Of a stretch of DNA of 64,000 nt, positions 1 to 10,932 are shown piece by piece; within the stretch, counting starts at the first letter, position 1; every line of letters begins with the position of its first letter. Made by a program: the position numbers and the translations under genes. The notes below the pieces were generated by a model. It was given only the letters and a program-made list of their open reading frames with translations, did no database searches and had not been told where the DNA came from. Source of the stretch: Eledone cirrhosa (lineage: Eukaryota); assembly GCA_964016885.1 (NCBI GenBank), contig OZ024745.1, positions 46,624,001 through 46,688,000 of the forward strand, written 5' to 3'.

Positions 1-1523
1 TAGCTCCCATATTTGATCCCACTGTGTGGCATCTTGGGCAAAAGTTTTCACCATATTCTTCTGTTGATTCAAGCCTTGTGAGTAAAATTGGGTAGATGGA
101 AACTATGTGGAAGCCTGTCAGATGTACCTGTAATTGAAATGTCCAGCCTTGACACATACTGTGTTATGTTGATCTGGCTTGAGAATTACATTAAGGGTAT
201 TTGTGTCTAAGGAATACTCAACCACTTCCACGTTAATTCACAAGTTGGATATTCAATATATCTCAGATGAAAACACTCCATTCTACTCAGTTGCGAAAAC
301 TTTTCTACAAATACACACACATACACAAATATATATATATACATACATGAACATATACATGAGACTCTCCACTTACACACATTCATACATACACATCCAG
401 CCACTCCTCGCCTACCTACATAAACATACATAAAAACACATACACATAGATATACAATATTTAAACACAGATACATGCCAGTTTGAGATTAGCTCTAAGT
501 AGTAGTGCTGGTGCCATGATAAAATTCACACAGTAACAGTAATCTCTGTAATATAGTTGACATAAGGAAAAACATCTAGACATAGAAACAATACTCCAAA
601 TGGAACATATGAAGAAGATGTGGGCCTCCAACCCATCTCGTCTCAGACTGTGACAATCTATCCAATCTATGCCAGCATGGAAAATGGACATAAAATGATG
701 ATGATGGTGGTGGTGGTGGTGGTGGTGATGGTGGTGGTGATAATGAAGTAAGCTTCTACATCAGAGTTTCCCAACCTTCTTCATCCAGTGGCAACTTCTT
801 GATAATGAATTTCCTCCACCTTGTTTTGTTCAGTAACTTTAGTTGGAATCTCTACCATAATACAACAGACCAAGGACAAAGTAAAAACAAAAACCTAGCC
901 AGAACAGAGAAAATGACTGACAAGTGTCAAGACATGTTGATGTTTTCTTTCTACTTTGTCATTTATTTATTGAAAGAGTTATTTTCCTCTGAATTAGACT
1001 GCTACACTGACAACACAGTAATTAAAAAGTAAAAAAAATACAGATTGTTAAGTCTAAAACAGTAGAAAGGAAACAAATTAGTATTTCAATAAATGAAATA
1101 GATCTTTCTCCTTAATTTCAGATGTGTGATTTGAGGGAGATTTGGCTACTATTTCAATCTGGTTGAACAACCATGCAGAAACTCTTTCATTGACTTGTCT
1201 GCACTGTGGCTACCCAACTTGTTAGAAATAACAGCCAATATCCTTCAGATCATATCTTGCCATCTTTTAATTGACATAATTGATCAGGACTAGAATACAT
1301 GGCAAAGCTAAACACACACACACACGCACACACGCACGCACACACACACGCACACACACATGCACACACACATACACCTGGTGCATGCTTTTATACATTT
1401 TGTATGGAAACATTTCTAATAGTGAAACATTAGTAATATTTATTAAAAACACTAGGCATATATTAGTTAAATTATCCTCTAATAAATGACTGCCAATTCA
1501 GGCAGTGAATTGGCAGCCATTAT

Positions 1524-1710
1524 CGGTGGATTGGCAGTATCAGTAGAGGGTCGGACGCCATGCTTTCCAGCATAGTTACGTCCCTTTACGATCTGAGTTC
1601 AAATCCCGCCGATGTTGACTTTGCCTTTCATCCTTACGGGGTCGATAAAATAAAGTACCAGTAATGCACTGGATAATTGCTGGCCTTGTGCCTAAAGTAG
1701 AAACAATTAT
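1524..1710 (+). mobile_element. Young tRNA-derived SINE (Meta/Sauria-like central domain), nested in an older relative
   Basis: A-box-like TGGCAGTATCGG, B-box GAGTTCAAATCC, core GTTGACTTTGCCTTTCATCCTTACGGGGTCGATAAAATAAAGTACCAG; near-identical copies elsewhere in the window. Confidence 0.85.
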
Positions 1711-4354
1711 AGAATCAGACAAAATATTCTGTGGTATTTGTACTCTGAGTTCAAATACCACAAAGGTCAACTTTGTTTTTCATCCTTCCAATGTTGATAA
1801 TGTTAAGTACCAGTTCATGGTAGTGGATTAGCAAAATTGTAAAAGCCTTAGGCAAGAAGTCTTGTGGTATCTGCTTCAGCACTTTGTGATCTGATATCAA
1901 ATTCTGTCTAGAAATCCAAATCCCACTAATGACCAAATTAATCACTTGACCATGTGACTATACTTAAACCTTTTCATACCAACCCACCCCCAAATTCTAA
2001 GATGACAAATCTCTTTTTTCAAATAAAAAATGTTATGGAAAAACTTGTTAAGTTAAACACCAGCTCAATAATGTAGTTAGTTATTTTATTAAATCCCTTT
2101 AAATTGTTGATTATCTACAAAATTAATTGAAAAACATCTGTGGTGTATTTCATTAGAAATGTGGTAATGAAAGTGTGAATTATGAAATCTGCAATAGGTA
2201 GAGAACAAATGTTTGGTGCCAGAAAGGGCATCCAGCTATAAAACCTTGCATCAAAGAGGGCTCCATGATATGTATGTAGCCTGTAATGTGGCTCTGCAAA
2301 ACTAAACACTGCTTTAGCTGAGAAAATGGCTTTAACTCTTTTGATTAAAAACTGCCCACTCCTGGCTCTATGATATAAAACTGTTTATTTTTAAGTGTTT
2401 ATATTATCTAAAAAAAAGCTTCCGCTACCGTTTTATGTAAGAATCTTTGTTAGGTTATGTTTCAAACACCAGCTTCAATTGAGAAAGTTAGTTATAATAA
2501 TATGAAAGTTAGTTATATTACTAAATCCCTTCAAATTTTTGATTATTCTAAAAATTAATTGAAAAACATACAGCATCTTTATTAACATCATGGTTATGAA
2601 ATGTTAAAACACTTGTTGTTTTCATAAAGGTAATATAAAAACTGTTAACAGATAATTAAAGAAGAAGAATAAGCGTTTCACTTCAGATTAAGTAATCTAT
2701 TTAGTTTGTTGGTTGTTTGGGAAATCACTCAAGCTACTAGACATATGCTGAAGCAAATATATCATATTAATTGGTTTGAGAAAATAAAGCTGATTATCCT
2801 AGTGTGTGGGTGTGGAGCTAATAGCTCTCTTAAAAATAAAAATGATAAATAAAACTTAAGCTACAGTTACTTAGTAACAAAAGTTTGCAAAGATTACAGA
2901 GGGAATTCAGAAAAGCTGAGAATAATAGACAGAGGAGACAGTAACAGAGAGAAAGGCACGCACACACAAAGAGATAGTGTATATGTATGAGAGTATGCAT
3001 GTACATATCCAAGTGTGTGTGGGTGTAATTTTATTTGTGTGTGTGTGTGTTGTAATACTGTTGTCATTGTCACTTAAGAAATGAATTTATAACTACACTG
3101 TACATGTGTTCTGTCATTATGTGGGTAGTCATATTTTCATCAAAATATACAAACATATGTCCATAAAGCCCTTCCCTACTCCACTTTTTATTTCAGTCAG
3201 TCTTTTTATTTATATTTTGTTTGCTAGGTAGAAATAAACACCATCAATGGTGCAGCCATTAATTGCTTTGTTCTTTTGTTTTAGACAATCTTCACCAGTT
3301 CATGCTATGCTTTGTGATTATGAGCTTATAATTGTTGTTGTTTCTAGGTAACCATAATTTATTCAAAGCATGAAAATATATGTCAGGAAAATAGCTGATA
3401 AAATGTTTCTCTCTGGAGGGAAACACCCTAGCTAAATATACCATATCACTATCTCCTACATATTCCAGTAAAGTACTACCCAGAGGTCACACACACACAC
3501 ACACGCGCATGAATGTTTTAAACTATTAGTTTCTTTTACGATAGCGTTATTACATCCTCTTGTATATGTTGGTAATTCTTGTTGAATTGGTAAAGTCATT
3601 AGGGTATCAGAAGAAATTTTAGTTATTTTACTTTGAATATTAACATTTTCTTTATAGAAGAGCCATTTTAGCCATTCAAAAACACACAGAAACTGTTATG
3701 TCCACTTTACAGTTATACAGCTATCATTTATCTTTTAATGTTGAAATTTTCATTGAGTTGCAGTGGAACTGTTTCAGTGAACAGGTCATAAACAATGCAA
3801 CAAAAGTTTTGACACCAAGAAATAAATGATGAATGTAAAATGAAGTTAACAGTTTTGTGTGTTTTGAATGACTAAAATTGCTTTAATTGCAACACATGGT
3901 TTCAGATCAAGTCACTTGCCAGACAAGTACAATTCTGAAATATATGCTTTTCATTTGCTTGGATCAACCAATAGATAGTGATTGTAGGGCCTTCAGCTAG
4001 TAGCTGCTTAACCCCATGTCAGCATTTATCCAGTAGTAGATCTATAATGAAAAGTTTCCAGCCATTACCATCCTTGTTTTTTTTTCTTTTTCTCCGGACA
4101 CAGTATACTTATTCAGGTAATCATTATCTTATATATTCTTCTTTTCTAAGATGTAATTTGAGGGTAGTTTGACTGTTGTATATAGCATGTTGAACAACCA
4201 CATAGAGACACCCACATTGGTTCAATGAGCCAATATTTTCCAGTCATCACAAATTGTGAAACTATATTTAAACCAGTTTATCATACATAAAGTTTAGCAA
4301 GTTACAATATTTTGTCATGCAATGCTTAATCATGTAGTTAGTATACACTGTAAA

Positions 4355-4670
4355 AGTGCATGGTTTAGTGGTTAGAGCATTTGGCTTGCAATTGTAAGAT
4401 TATGAGTTTGATTCCCAGACTGGGTGAGCAAGGCACTTTATTTTATATTGCTTCAATTTACTCAGCTGTAGAAATGAGTTGTGACATCACTGGCACCAAG
4501 CTGTACCGGCCTTTGACTTATCCTTGGATAACATTGGTGGTGTGGAGATGGGTGACTGGTGCACATGGGCAACTACTGGTCTTCTAAAAAACAAAAACAC
4601 CTTGCTTGGGTTTGTGCCTCGGAAGGGAACTTTCTTAGTACAAAACTCAAGGTTATTCATGACTGAAGGG
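4355..4670 (+). mobile_element. Second tRNA-derived SINE family (CORE-like); other copies at about 16380-16630, 18450-18770, 24940-25405(-), 51290-51440(-)
   Basis: tRNA-like head (TGGTTTAGTGGTTAGAGC...GAGTTTGATTCCC) followed by GAGCAAGGCACTT...TTGCTTCAATTTACTCAGCTG, repeated across the window. Confidence 0.65.
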
Positions 4671-5204
4671 TTTATTTTATACAGTGTAGCTGTTAAGCTA
4701 TGATGTATCCAGTTTGTGATGTGTACCTAATTTCTATTAATGACATCAGCAGAGGCACACCAGTTTCACGTGATCAATGCATCATAATCGTAACATTGGT
4801 GGTTTACATATATGATTAAATTACTGTTCCCTATTTTATCAATGAAAGAATGAATTAGCTTTGTCAGTATTTGAACTCTGAATTAAAAACTATAGTCAGA
4901 TCAATATTTATCTAGTCTGAACCTCTGTTACTAAGCCACTGCTCTTATTTGTATAATATTGATATTTTACAAGGTCACTTAGTATAAATTTTACAGTAAT
5001 GAACTAGTACTATAGAATATGTTCTTCTGTGTATCTGACAATTTGCCTCGCTGCTTACACATTTATTATATTAACCCTTTACTATATTTCTAATGGAAGA
5101 CACTTTTATGATTTTAAAATAATTTTGAAAATAATCAAGAATTTACAATAACTTAACAGATAAATACAATAACTTAACAGATAAATACAATAAATTAGAA
5201 GAAA

Positions 5205-5369
5205 ATAATTGTTTCTTATTTTATCCCAGTGGTACTTTATTTTATCGACCCCGTAAGGATGAAAGACAAAGTTAACCTCGGCAGGATTTGAACTCAGACC
5301 ATAAAGGGCTGTAACTCTTTGCTGCAAAGCATGGCGTCCGACCCTCTACCGATACTGCCAATCCACCGC
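5205..5369 (-). mobile_element. Young SINE copy with internal deletion near the 3' end
   Basis: Reverse complement of the 1524-1710 family. Confidence 0.8.
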
Positions 5370-5453
5370 AGAAAATAATAACAGAAGGTAGTACCTAAAA
5401 TATAATCCTTGTCATTTTAAAATCCGTTTTCCTTGCTAGCAAAGATTGGACAT

Positions 5454-5541
5454 GTCTACATAGCCCAAGTCAGTACTAAAGTGGGGCTACTGATCTCCCA
5501 GACAGTAGCCTCGCTTCAGTACTGACTTGGTCTATGTAGAC
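5454..5541. repeat. Inverted repeat (39-bp arms, 4 mismatches, 10-nt loop)
   Basis: GTCTACATAGCCCAAGTCAGTACTAAAGTGGGGCTACTG versus CAGTAGCCTCGCTTCAGTACTGACTTGGTCTATGTAGAC. Confidence 0.9.
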
Positions 5542-5623
5542 CTGCTTAACCCTTAATAGTAGGGAAAGCAGACATTAAAACAACGATGGTGATGATGATG
5601 TTAATATTCAAAAGAAATCTTAC

Positions 5624-5866
5624 CAAATGGTGAAGTTGGCCATTGTTTTCTTCTCTTACTATGTTCATCAATGTCAAATCCAAATTTTTAACATCATTTT
5701 CAATATTCCGAATTTGTGACTCCAGTGAGGTTTTGATCTCATCAAAGAGCATTCGAGTTTTTGTTTCTATGTTAGATATATCTAAACTTGAATTTGCTTG
5801 AATACTTTCAATATTTCTCTGATAGGCAGAAGAGTTTTTATCAAGTTCACCAGATACAGTAAGAAG
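5624..5866 (-). CDS. FAM81: FAM81-family protein, coding exon 3 (81 codons); gene probably continues beyond the left edge
   Basis: Acceptor tttttatatag|CTT, donor TTG|gtaaga, phase 0/0. Open coiled-coil-like frame LLTVSGELDKNSSAYQRNIESIQ...ETKTRMLFDEIKTSLESQIRNIENDVKNLDLTLMNIVREENNGQLHHL. Confidence 0.8.
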
Positions 5867-6884
5867 CTATATAAAAAGAAAGGTTTAAATTAAATAATTT
5901 GATTTATACTTGGCAAAATATTTCAACTGTTTAATATATATATATATATATATATCAATTAGAAAATATTTTTATCGAGTTTATTTCTGATATTTTCTTA
6001 TATCCAGGGTAGAATTTGATTAGCTGGCAAAAAATCAGATAAAATGATGATGGAAAAACTTAATTCAATAATGAGGTTGCTTTCAGTACAAAATGCATAC
6101 TAACAATAGTAAAGATTATTATTACTCACAGGCTCAAACAATTAACATAGAAAAAAACTTATTGGAAAAGCAACAACAATACAATAGCTGTAGCTAAACA
6201 TTGATGTAAATTAGACACATTCCTGAAATATTAGCTCTTGTCTACTAAATTTGACATTTCAGTGGTTAAATATGAAAACTAATTACGTGTATTTTGTTCT
6301 CTCACTTTGATTATATATTTTTGTGTATTATATTCATAAGATTCCTAACAATAATTAATTGATTGCACGTATATACTTCTATTTAATCTTATATATTTGT
6401 TATATGATAATAAACAGTGTAAAAACACAAAGGCAAGCAAAAAGAAAATTGCAAGAATACATGATAATGCGCATCATTTTCTGAATTTGTTATCTTGTTT
6501 TTCTAAACTATCACAGGTTATTGGCTACTGTTGTATGATTTTGAATAAATTATTGCAGCCAATCTTATAGATACACAACCTTTTATAATTCCAAAATAAA
6601 TATATCATATACGTTAACAATATAAACCCACCAGCATGGTATCATATTTACTGATGTTTAATTATATCCTGTCATCCTGATATTCAATTTTGCTGTGTAT
6701 TTCTGTTTACAACTGTTATTTTCATCACTTTTTGCACAAATCAGTGTTTTTTTTATATTGTTGCTTTAGGAGGACTTTTTCAATAAAGCATTGCCATGAT
6801 TTTTATCAAGTTTGTACATTTATTTTTTTCTTCGGTTTTAATTGATGAACATCTAACTTCTCAGTGATTTTCATGTGGATGTCC

Positions 6885-7468
6885 AAAGATGAGGACTACA
6901 TACATGGCAGGGTTAAAGGATAGGGACTATATACATGGCAGGGTTAAAGGATGAGGACTATATACATGGCAGGGTTAAAGGATGGGGATTATATACATGG
7001 TAGGGTTAAAGGATGAGGACTACATACATGGCAAGGTTAAAGGATAGGGACCACATACATGGCAGGGTTAAAGGATAGGGACCACATACATGGTAGGGTT
7101 AAAGGATAGGGACCACATACATGGTAGGGTTAAAGAATGAAGACTACATACATGGCAGGGTTAAAGGATGAGGACTACATACATGGCAGGGTTAAAGAAT
7201 GAAGACCACATACATGGCAGGATTAAAGGATAGGGACCACATACATGGCAGGGTTAAAGGATAGGGACCACATACATGGCAGGGTTAAAGGATAGGGACC
7301 ACATACATGGCAGGGTTAAAGAATGAAGACTACATACATGGCAGGGTTAAAGGATAGGGACCACATACATGGCAGGGTTAAAGAATAGGGACCACATACA
7401 TAGCAGGGTTGAAAGAATAGGGACCACATACATGTCAGGGTTAAAGGATAGGACCACATACATGGCAG
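6885..7468 (+). repeat. Minisatellite, about 19 copies of a 31-bp unit (AAAGGATAGGGACCACATACATGGCAGGGTT)
   Basis: Head-to-tail repeats without spacers; three recurring unit variants (GGATAGGGAC, GGATGAGGAC, GAATGAAGAC). Confidence 0.95.
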
Positions 7469-8027
7469 AATGACAAGGTTAAATCGGTTAAGTATAAGAA
7501 ATATATATCAGTACAGGAATAGATATGTAGATAAACTGATCACTTTGCAGCCACATGGTTTTTAGTTCCCTCTCATTGTATGGCTTCTTGTCTCCTACAG
7601 TAGCCTTGGGTAGACAGATGCCTTTTGAGAGAAATTGGGTAGGTGATAACAGCAGAAGCCCATCATGTATATATATGACTTGAGTGTTTGTTCAGGCTTG
7701 TATTTATGTTTGTGTTTGAGTTTATGTCTTATAACTTTGAAGTTCAACAAAAATATTGATAAAATAAATGCCAGTCTTGAAAGAAATAATCACTGGGGTT
7801 AATATGATCAACTAAAATCTTTGAAGACTGTGCCCCAGCAGTGGGGTTGACTTTTTTCATTCAAGAATTAGTTGACAAAATTGAGAAATGAAGAAAACTG
7901 AAAGTGATTGAAGCCTTGTATCTAAGAAAGAAATCGTTGCTGTCAGGAACCATGATCCAGCAACAAGATAGTTCTTTGGTAAACTGAGCTAACAACTTAG
8001 TCTCAATTCCAAGTTATATCTAATAAT

Positions 8028-8212
8028 TGTTTCTACTTTAGGCACAAGGCTAGCAATTACCCAGTGCATTACTGGTACTTTATTTTATCGACCCCGTAAG
8101 GATGAAAGGCAAAGTCAACATCGGCGGGATTTGAATTCAGATCGTAAAGGGACGTAACTATGCTGGAAAGCATGGCGTCTGACCCTCTACCGATACTGCC
8201 AATCCACCGCCC
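8028..8212 (-). mobile_element. Young SINE, full length, 14-bp TSD
   Basis: TSD TTATATCTAATAAT at 8014-8027 and 8215-8228. Confidence 0.9.
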
Positions 8213-8239
8213 TATTATATCTAATAATAAAATGAAATT

Positions 8240-8530
8240 ATTGTGTACAATTCTCAGGTGCACTACAACTCATCAAAGGTGAATGTAGAGTACATAGAAT
8301 AATGTACAAGTATCAGGAAAGTGAACAGTGCATGAGTCATGATATACACGTGTGCGTGGTGTGTATGGAGGGGGAATATTAGGTGTAGTGTTGGTGAATT
8401 TCAGGAAGCATTGAGGTTTTAAAGGATGCAGTGTCTCGACAGCTAACAACTGATGCAGGTAGTTTGTTCCATGCTTCAGTAACTCTGAGCATGAAAAAAT
8501 GTTTCCGAAAGTCATGGGAACTGTTTTTAC
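8240..8530 (-). mobile_element. CR1/L2-type LINE 3' end fragment
   Basis: HDFRKHFFMLRVTEAWNKLPASVVSCRDTASFKTSM matches the 'RxxFFxxRVxxxWNxLPxxVV...FK' ORF2 C-terminus. Confidence 0.75.
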
Positions 8531-8639
8531 TTTCATTCAATAAAATTCCATTCCTGTCGAGGTTAACTTTCCCTTTCATCCTTACGGGGTCGATAAAATA
8601 AAGTACCAGTAATGTACTGAGTAATTGCTGTCCTTGTTA

Positions 8640-9587
8640 GTTACAAATGATGATCGGGTTCTTATAGCCAAATCCATTAAAGACCTGGAAAATAAGTTCC
8701 AACTATGGAAACAGAATTTAGAATCAAAAGGCTTAAGACTAAACTTAGCCAAACTAAAGTACTAGTGAGTAGGAGATAGGACCCTGATTTCTTGATGGAA
8801 GTGGCCCTGCTCAATATGTAGAAAGGGAGTAGGTATAAACTCCATATGATGTACACAATGTAAATTGTGGGTATACAAGAGATGTAATAGGATAATGAGT
8901 AAGCTAACAGGAAGAGAAGACTTTTGTAACCAAGGGGAAGGTAAAAACTGATGCAAGCCTATTCCAGTCACAGGAAGAACCTATAGAAGTGGTTGATAGT
9001 TTCTGCTATCTGGGCGATTTAATTAACAATGGAGGAGGTTGTTCTGAGAGCATAACAGCTAGAATAAGGATAGGTTAGAGTTACTCTCAGTGTTGACTAC
9101 AAAAGGTTTCTCTCTACATACAAAAGAATGACTGCATGATGCCTGTGTGCGAAGTACAATGTTGCATCATAGGGAAACATGGGCTATGAGTGTGGAGGAT
9201 ATGTGTAGACTGGAGAGAAATGAAGCAATCATGCTCTGATGGATGTGCAATGTAAGTGTGAGAGAGACAAGTGTAAGAATTTGAGGTGGTGTGCAGGAGA
9301 GAAGACTGCATTGGTTTGGACATGTGATGAGCATGGACAATGATTGTTGGGTGAAGACGTGTCAGGAAATGCCAGTGGAAGGAAATCTCGGTAGACGTAG
9401 ACCAAGAAAGACCTGGCAGAGGTTGTGAGAGCTGCCCTTAATTCACTGAGTTTCACTGAGATGATGACAAAGGATCATGACATGTAAAGAGATGCTGTGT
9501 TGAGAAAGACCTGTCCAACCCATGCAAATGTGGAAAAGTGGACTTAAAAACGATGATAATGATGATTATGGTGATCATGATGATGAA
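8640..9587 (+). mobile_element. Decayed RTE-clade LINE, 3' part
   Basis: Collinear with the 20-22 kb element (KFQLWKQNLESKGLRLNLAK, WPCSICRKGVGINSI, VVDSFCYLGD), many stops, (GAT)n-like tail. Confidence 0.85.
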
Positions 9588-9626
9588 AGTTAGCAATGCA
9601 GCAGTGAATGAAGAAAATTATTTTAC

Positions 9627-9875
9627 CTTGTATTCTGTATCATGACGCAGTTTCTCTAATTCTTTCTCCAGTTTGCTTACACAGTCAGTTTGAAATTTGA
9701 TTGCATCATTGCATTGTTTTTGAATCGAATTCAGTTTGGCAATTGAAGAGTCACATCTCACAATACGAACTTTCAAATCAGTCAATGATGTGGCATGATG
9801 TATTTCTAAAGATTTTATAGCTTTATTACTTTCTGCCAAAGCATAGTCTCGAGAACCAATCTGTTTCTCCATTTT
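9627..9875 (-). CDS. FAM81: FAM81-family protein, coding exon 2 (83 codons)
   Basis: Acceptor tttgtag|AAA ATG, donor AAG|gtaaaa, phase 0/0. KMEKQIGSRD...IKSLEIHHATSLTDLKVRIVRCDSSIAKL matches the FAM81 hallmark 'LExQIxARD...LKxLE...LxDLRGRVARCDASIARL'. Confidence 0.9.
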
Positions 9876-10780
9876 CTACAAATAAATTAGTAATGGGATA
9901 TGTGCTAAGTTACTAATATATTTGTTTATTATTTTTTAAATTTTGGTTTCATTCACATATTTCTAAGTGTGTATGTGCGTTTGTGAGCATGGAGTATACA
10001 TGTATGTACATGCACATGTATGTATGTGTGTATATTCAATAAACATTTCTCTTGATTAGGCACAGAGCCAATGTACGTAATGGAAGAGGGAGTTGTATTC
10101 AATCAAACCAAATCCAATATGGCTGCAGACAAATGAAAGGCAGAATTGACCTTGACAGTAAAATTTAAAACAAACTCAGAAATGAACAGAAATAAGTACT
10201 TCAATAAATGCTATATAACACTTTCTGTCATGCTCGTTTCCATTGCCCTAATATTTGTTAACAATATTCAATCAAGACTGAAAATAAAATGTCAAAATAA
10301 AATGTAATTTTTTTAAAGGAGTAAAAAAACTACAGTTATAAAGTAATTTACAGAAAAACTGTTAATTTCAAAGCTTTTGTCTCTTGAACAGGATTAATGT
10401 GCACATAGTAACAATAAACAATAAAACATTGTAAGAGAATTTCATATTGAAATATTGTTCCACACTAGTATACAAATGACGAAATAAAGTCAAGTCAGCA
10501 GTAAAATTTATTTTTCATTATTTATTGTCAGCTCTGTTCATGTGATCAAGAGATAACATGAAAGATATGGAATAAATGTTAATAAAATGAGTGAAAAAGT
10601 CAGTTAATATTTCACTGTGAAACAAAGCTGTCAGGTAAATTCCATAAAAAATCGACTCAAATGTTTAAACAGTGGTGGGCTGTGTTAGAAAGTAACTGTG
10701 TATATATATGAGTCCTGGGTTCAATCGGGGATAACCACAGTAAGTAAGGTACTCAATACATTACTAGAGTGAAAAACATC

Positions 10781-10892
10781 AAATTTAATATAGAAATGGC
10801 TTTTACAGGACTAGAACTGTTTCATTTGAAAAAAGTTATCAGGAAAGCCCGAATGAAACAGTTCTAGTCCTGTAGAAGCTATTTTTATATTA

Positions 10893-10897
<5 letters not shown>
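10781..10897. repeat. Inverted repeat (about 46-bp arms, 25-nt spacer) abutting (TA)n
   Basis: AAATTTAATATAGAAATGGCTTTTACAGGACTAGAACTGTTTCATT versus AATGAAACAGTTCTAGTCCTGTAGAAGCTATTTTTATATTAAATTT. Confidence 0.9.

Positions 10898-10932
<35 letters not shown>

Noticed and set aside
1524-1610. tRNA gene
   Set aside because: The A/B boxes belong to a SINE head; no cloverleaf, and it continues into the SINE core in every copy.
6885-7468. CRISPR-like array
   Set aside because: Units are contiguous with no unique spacers, there are no cas genes, and the context is a eukaryotic intron.
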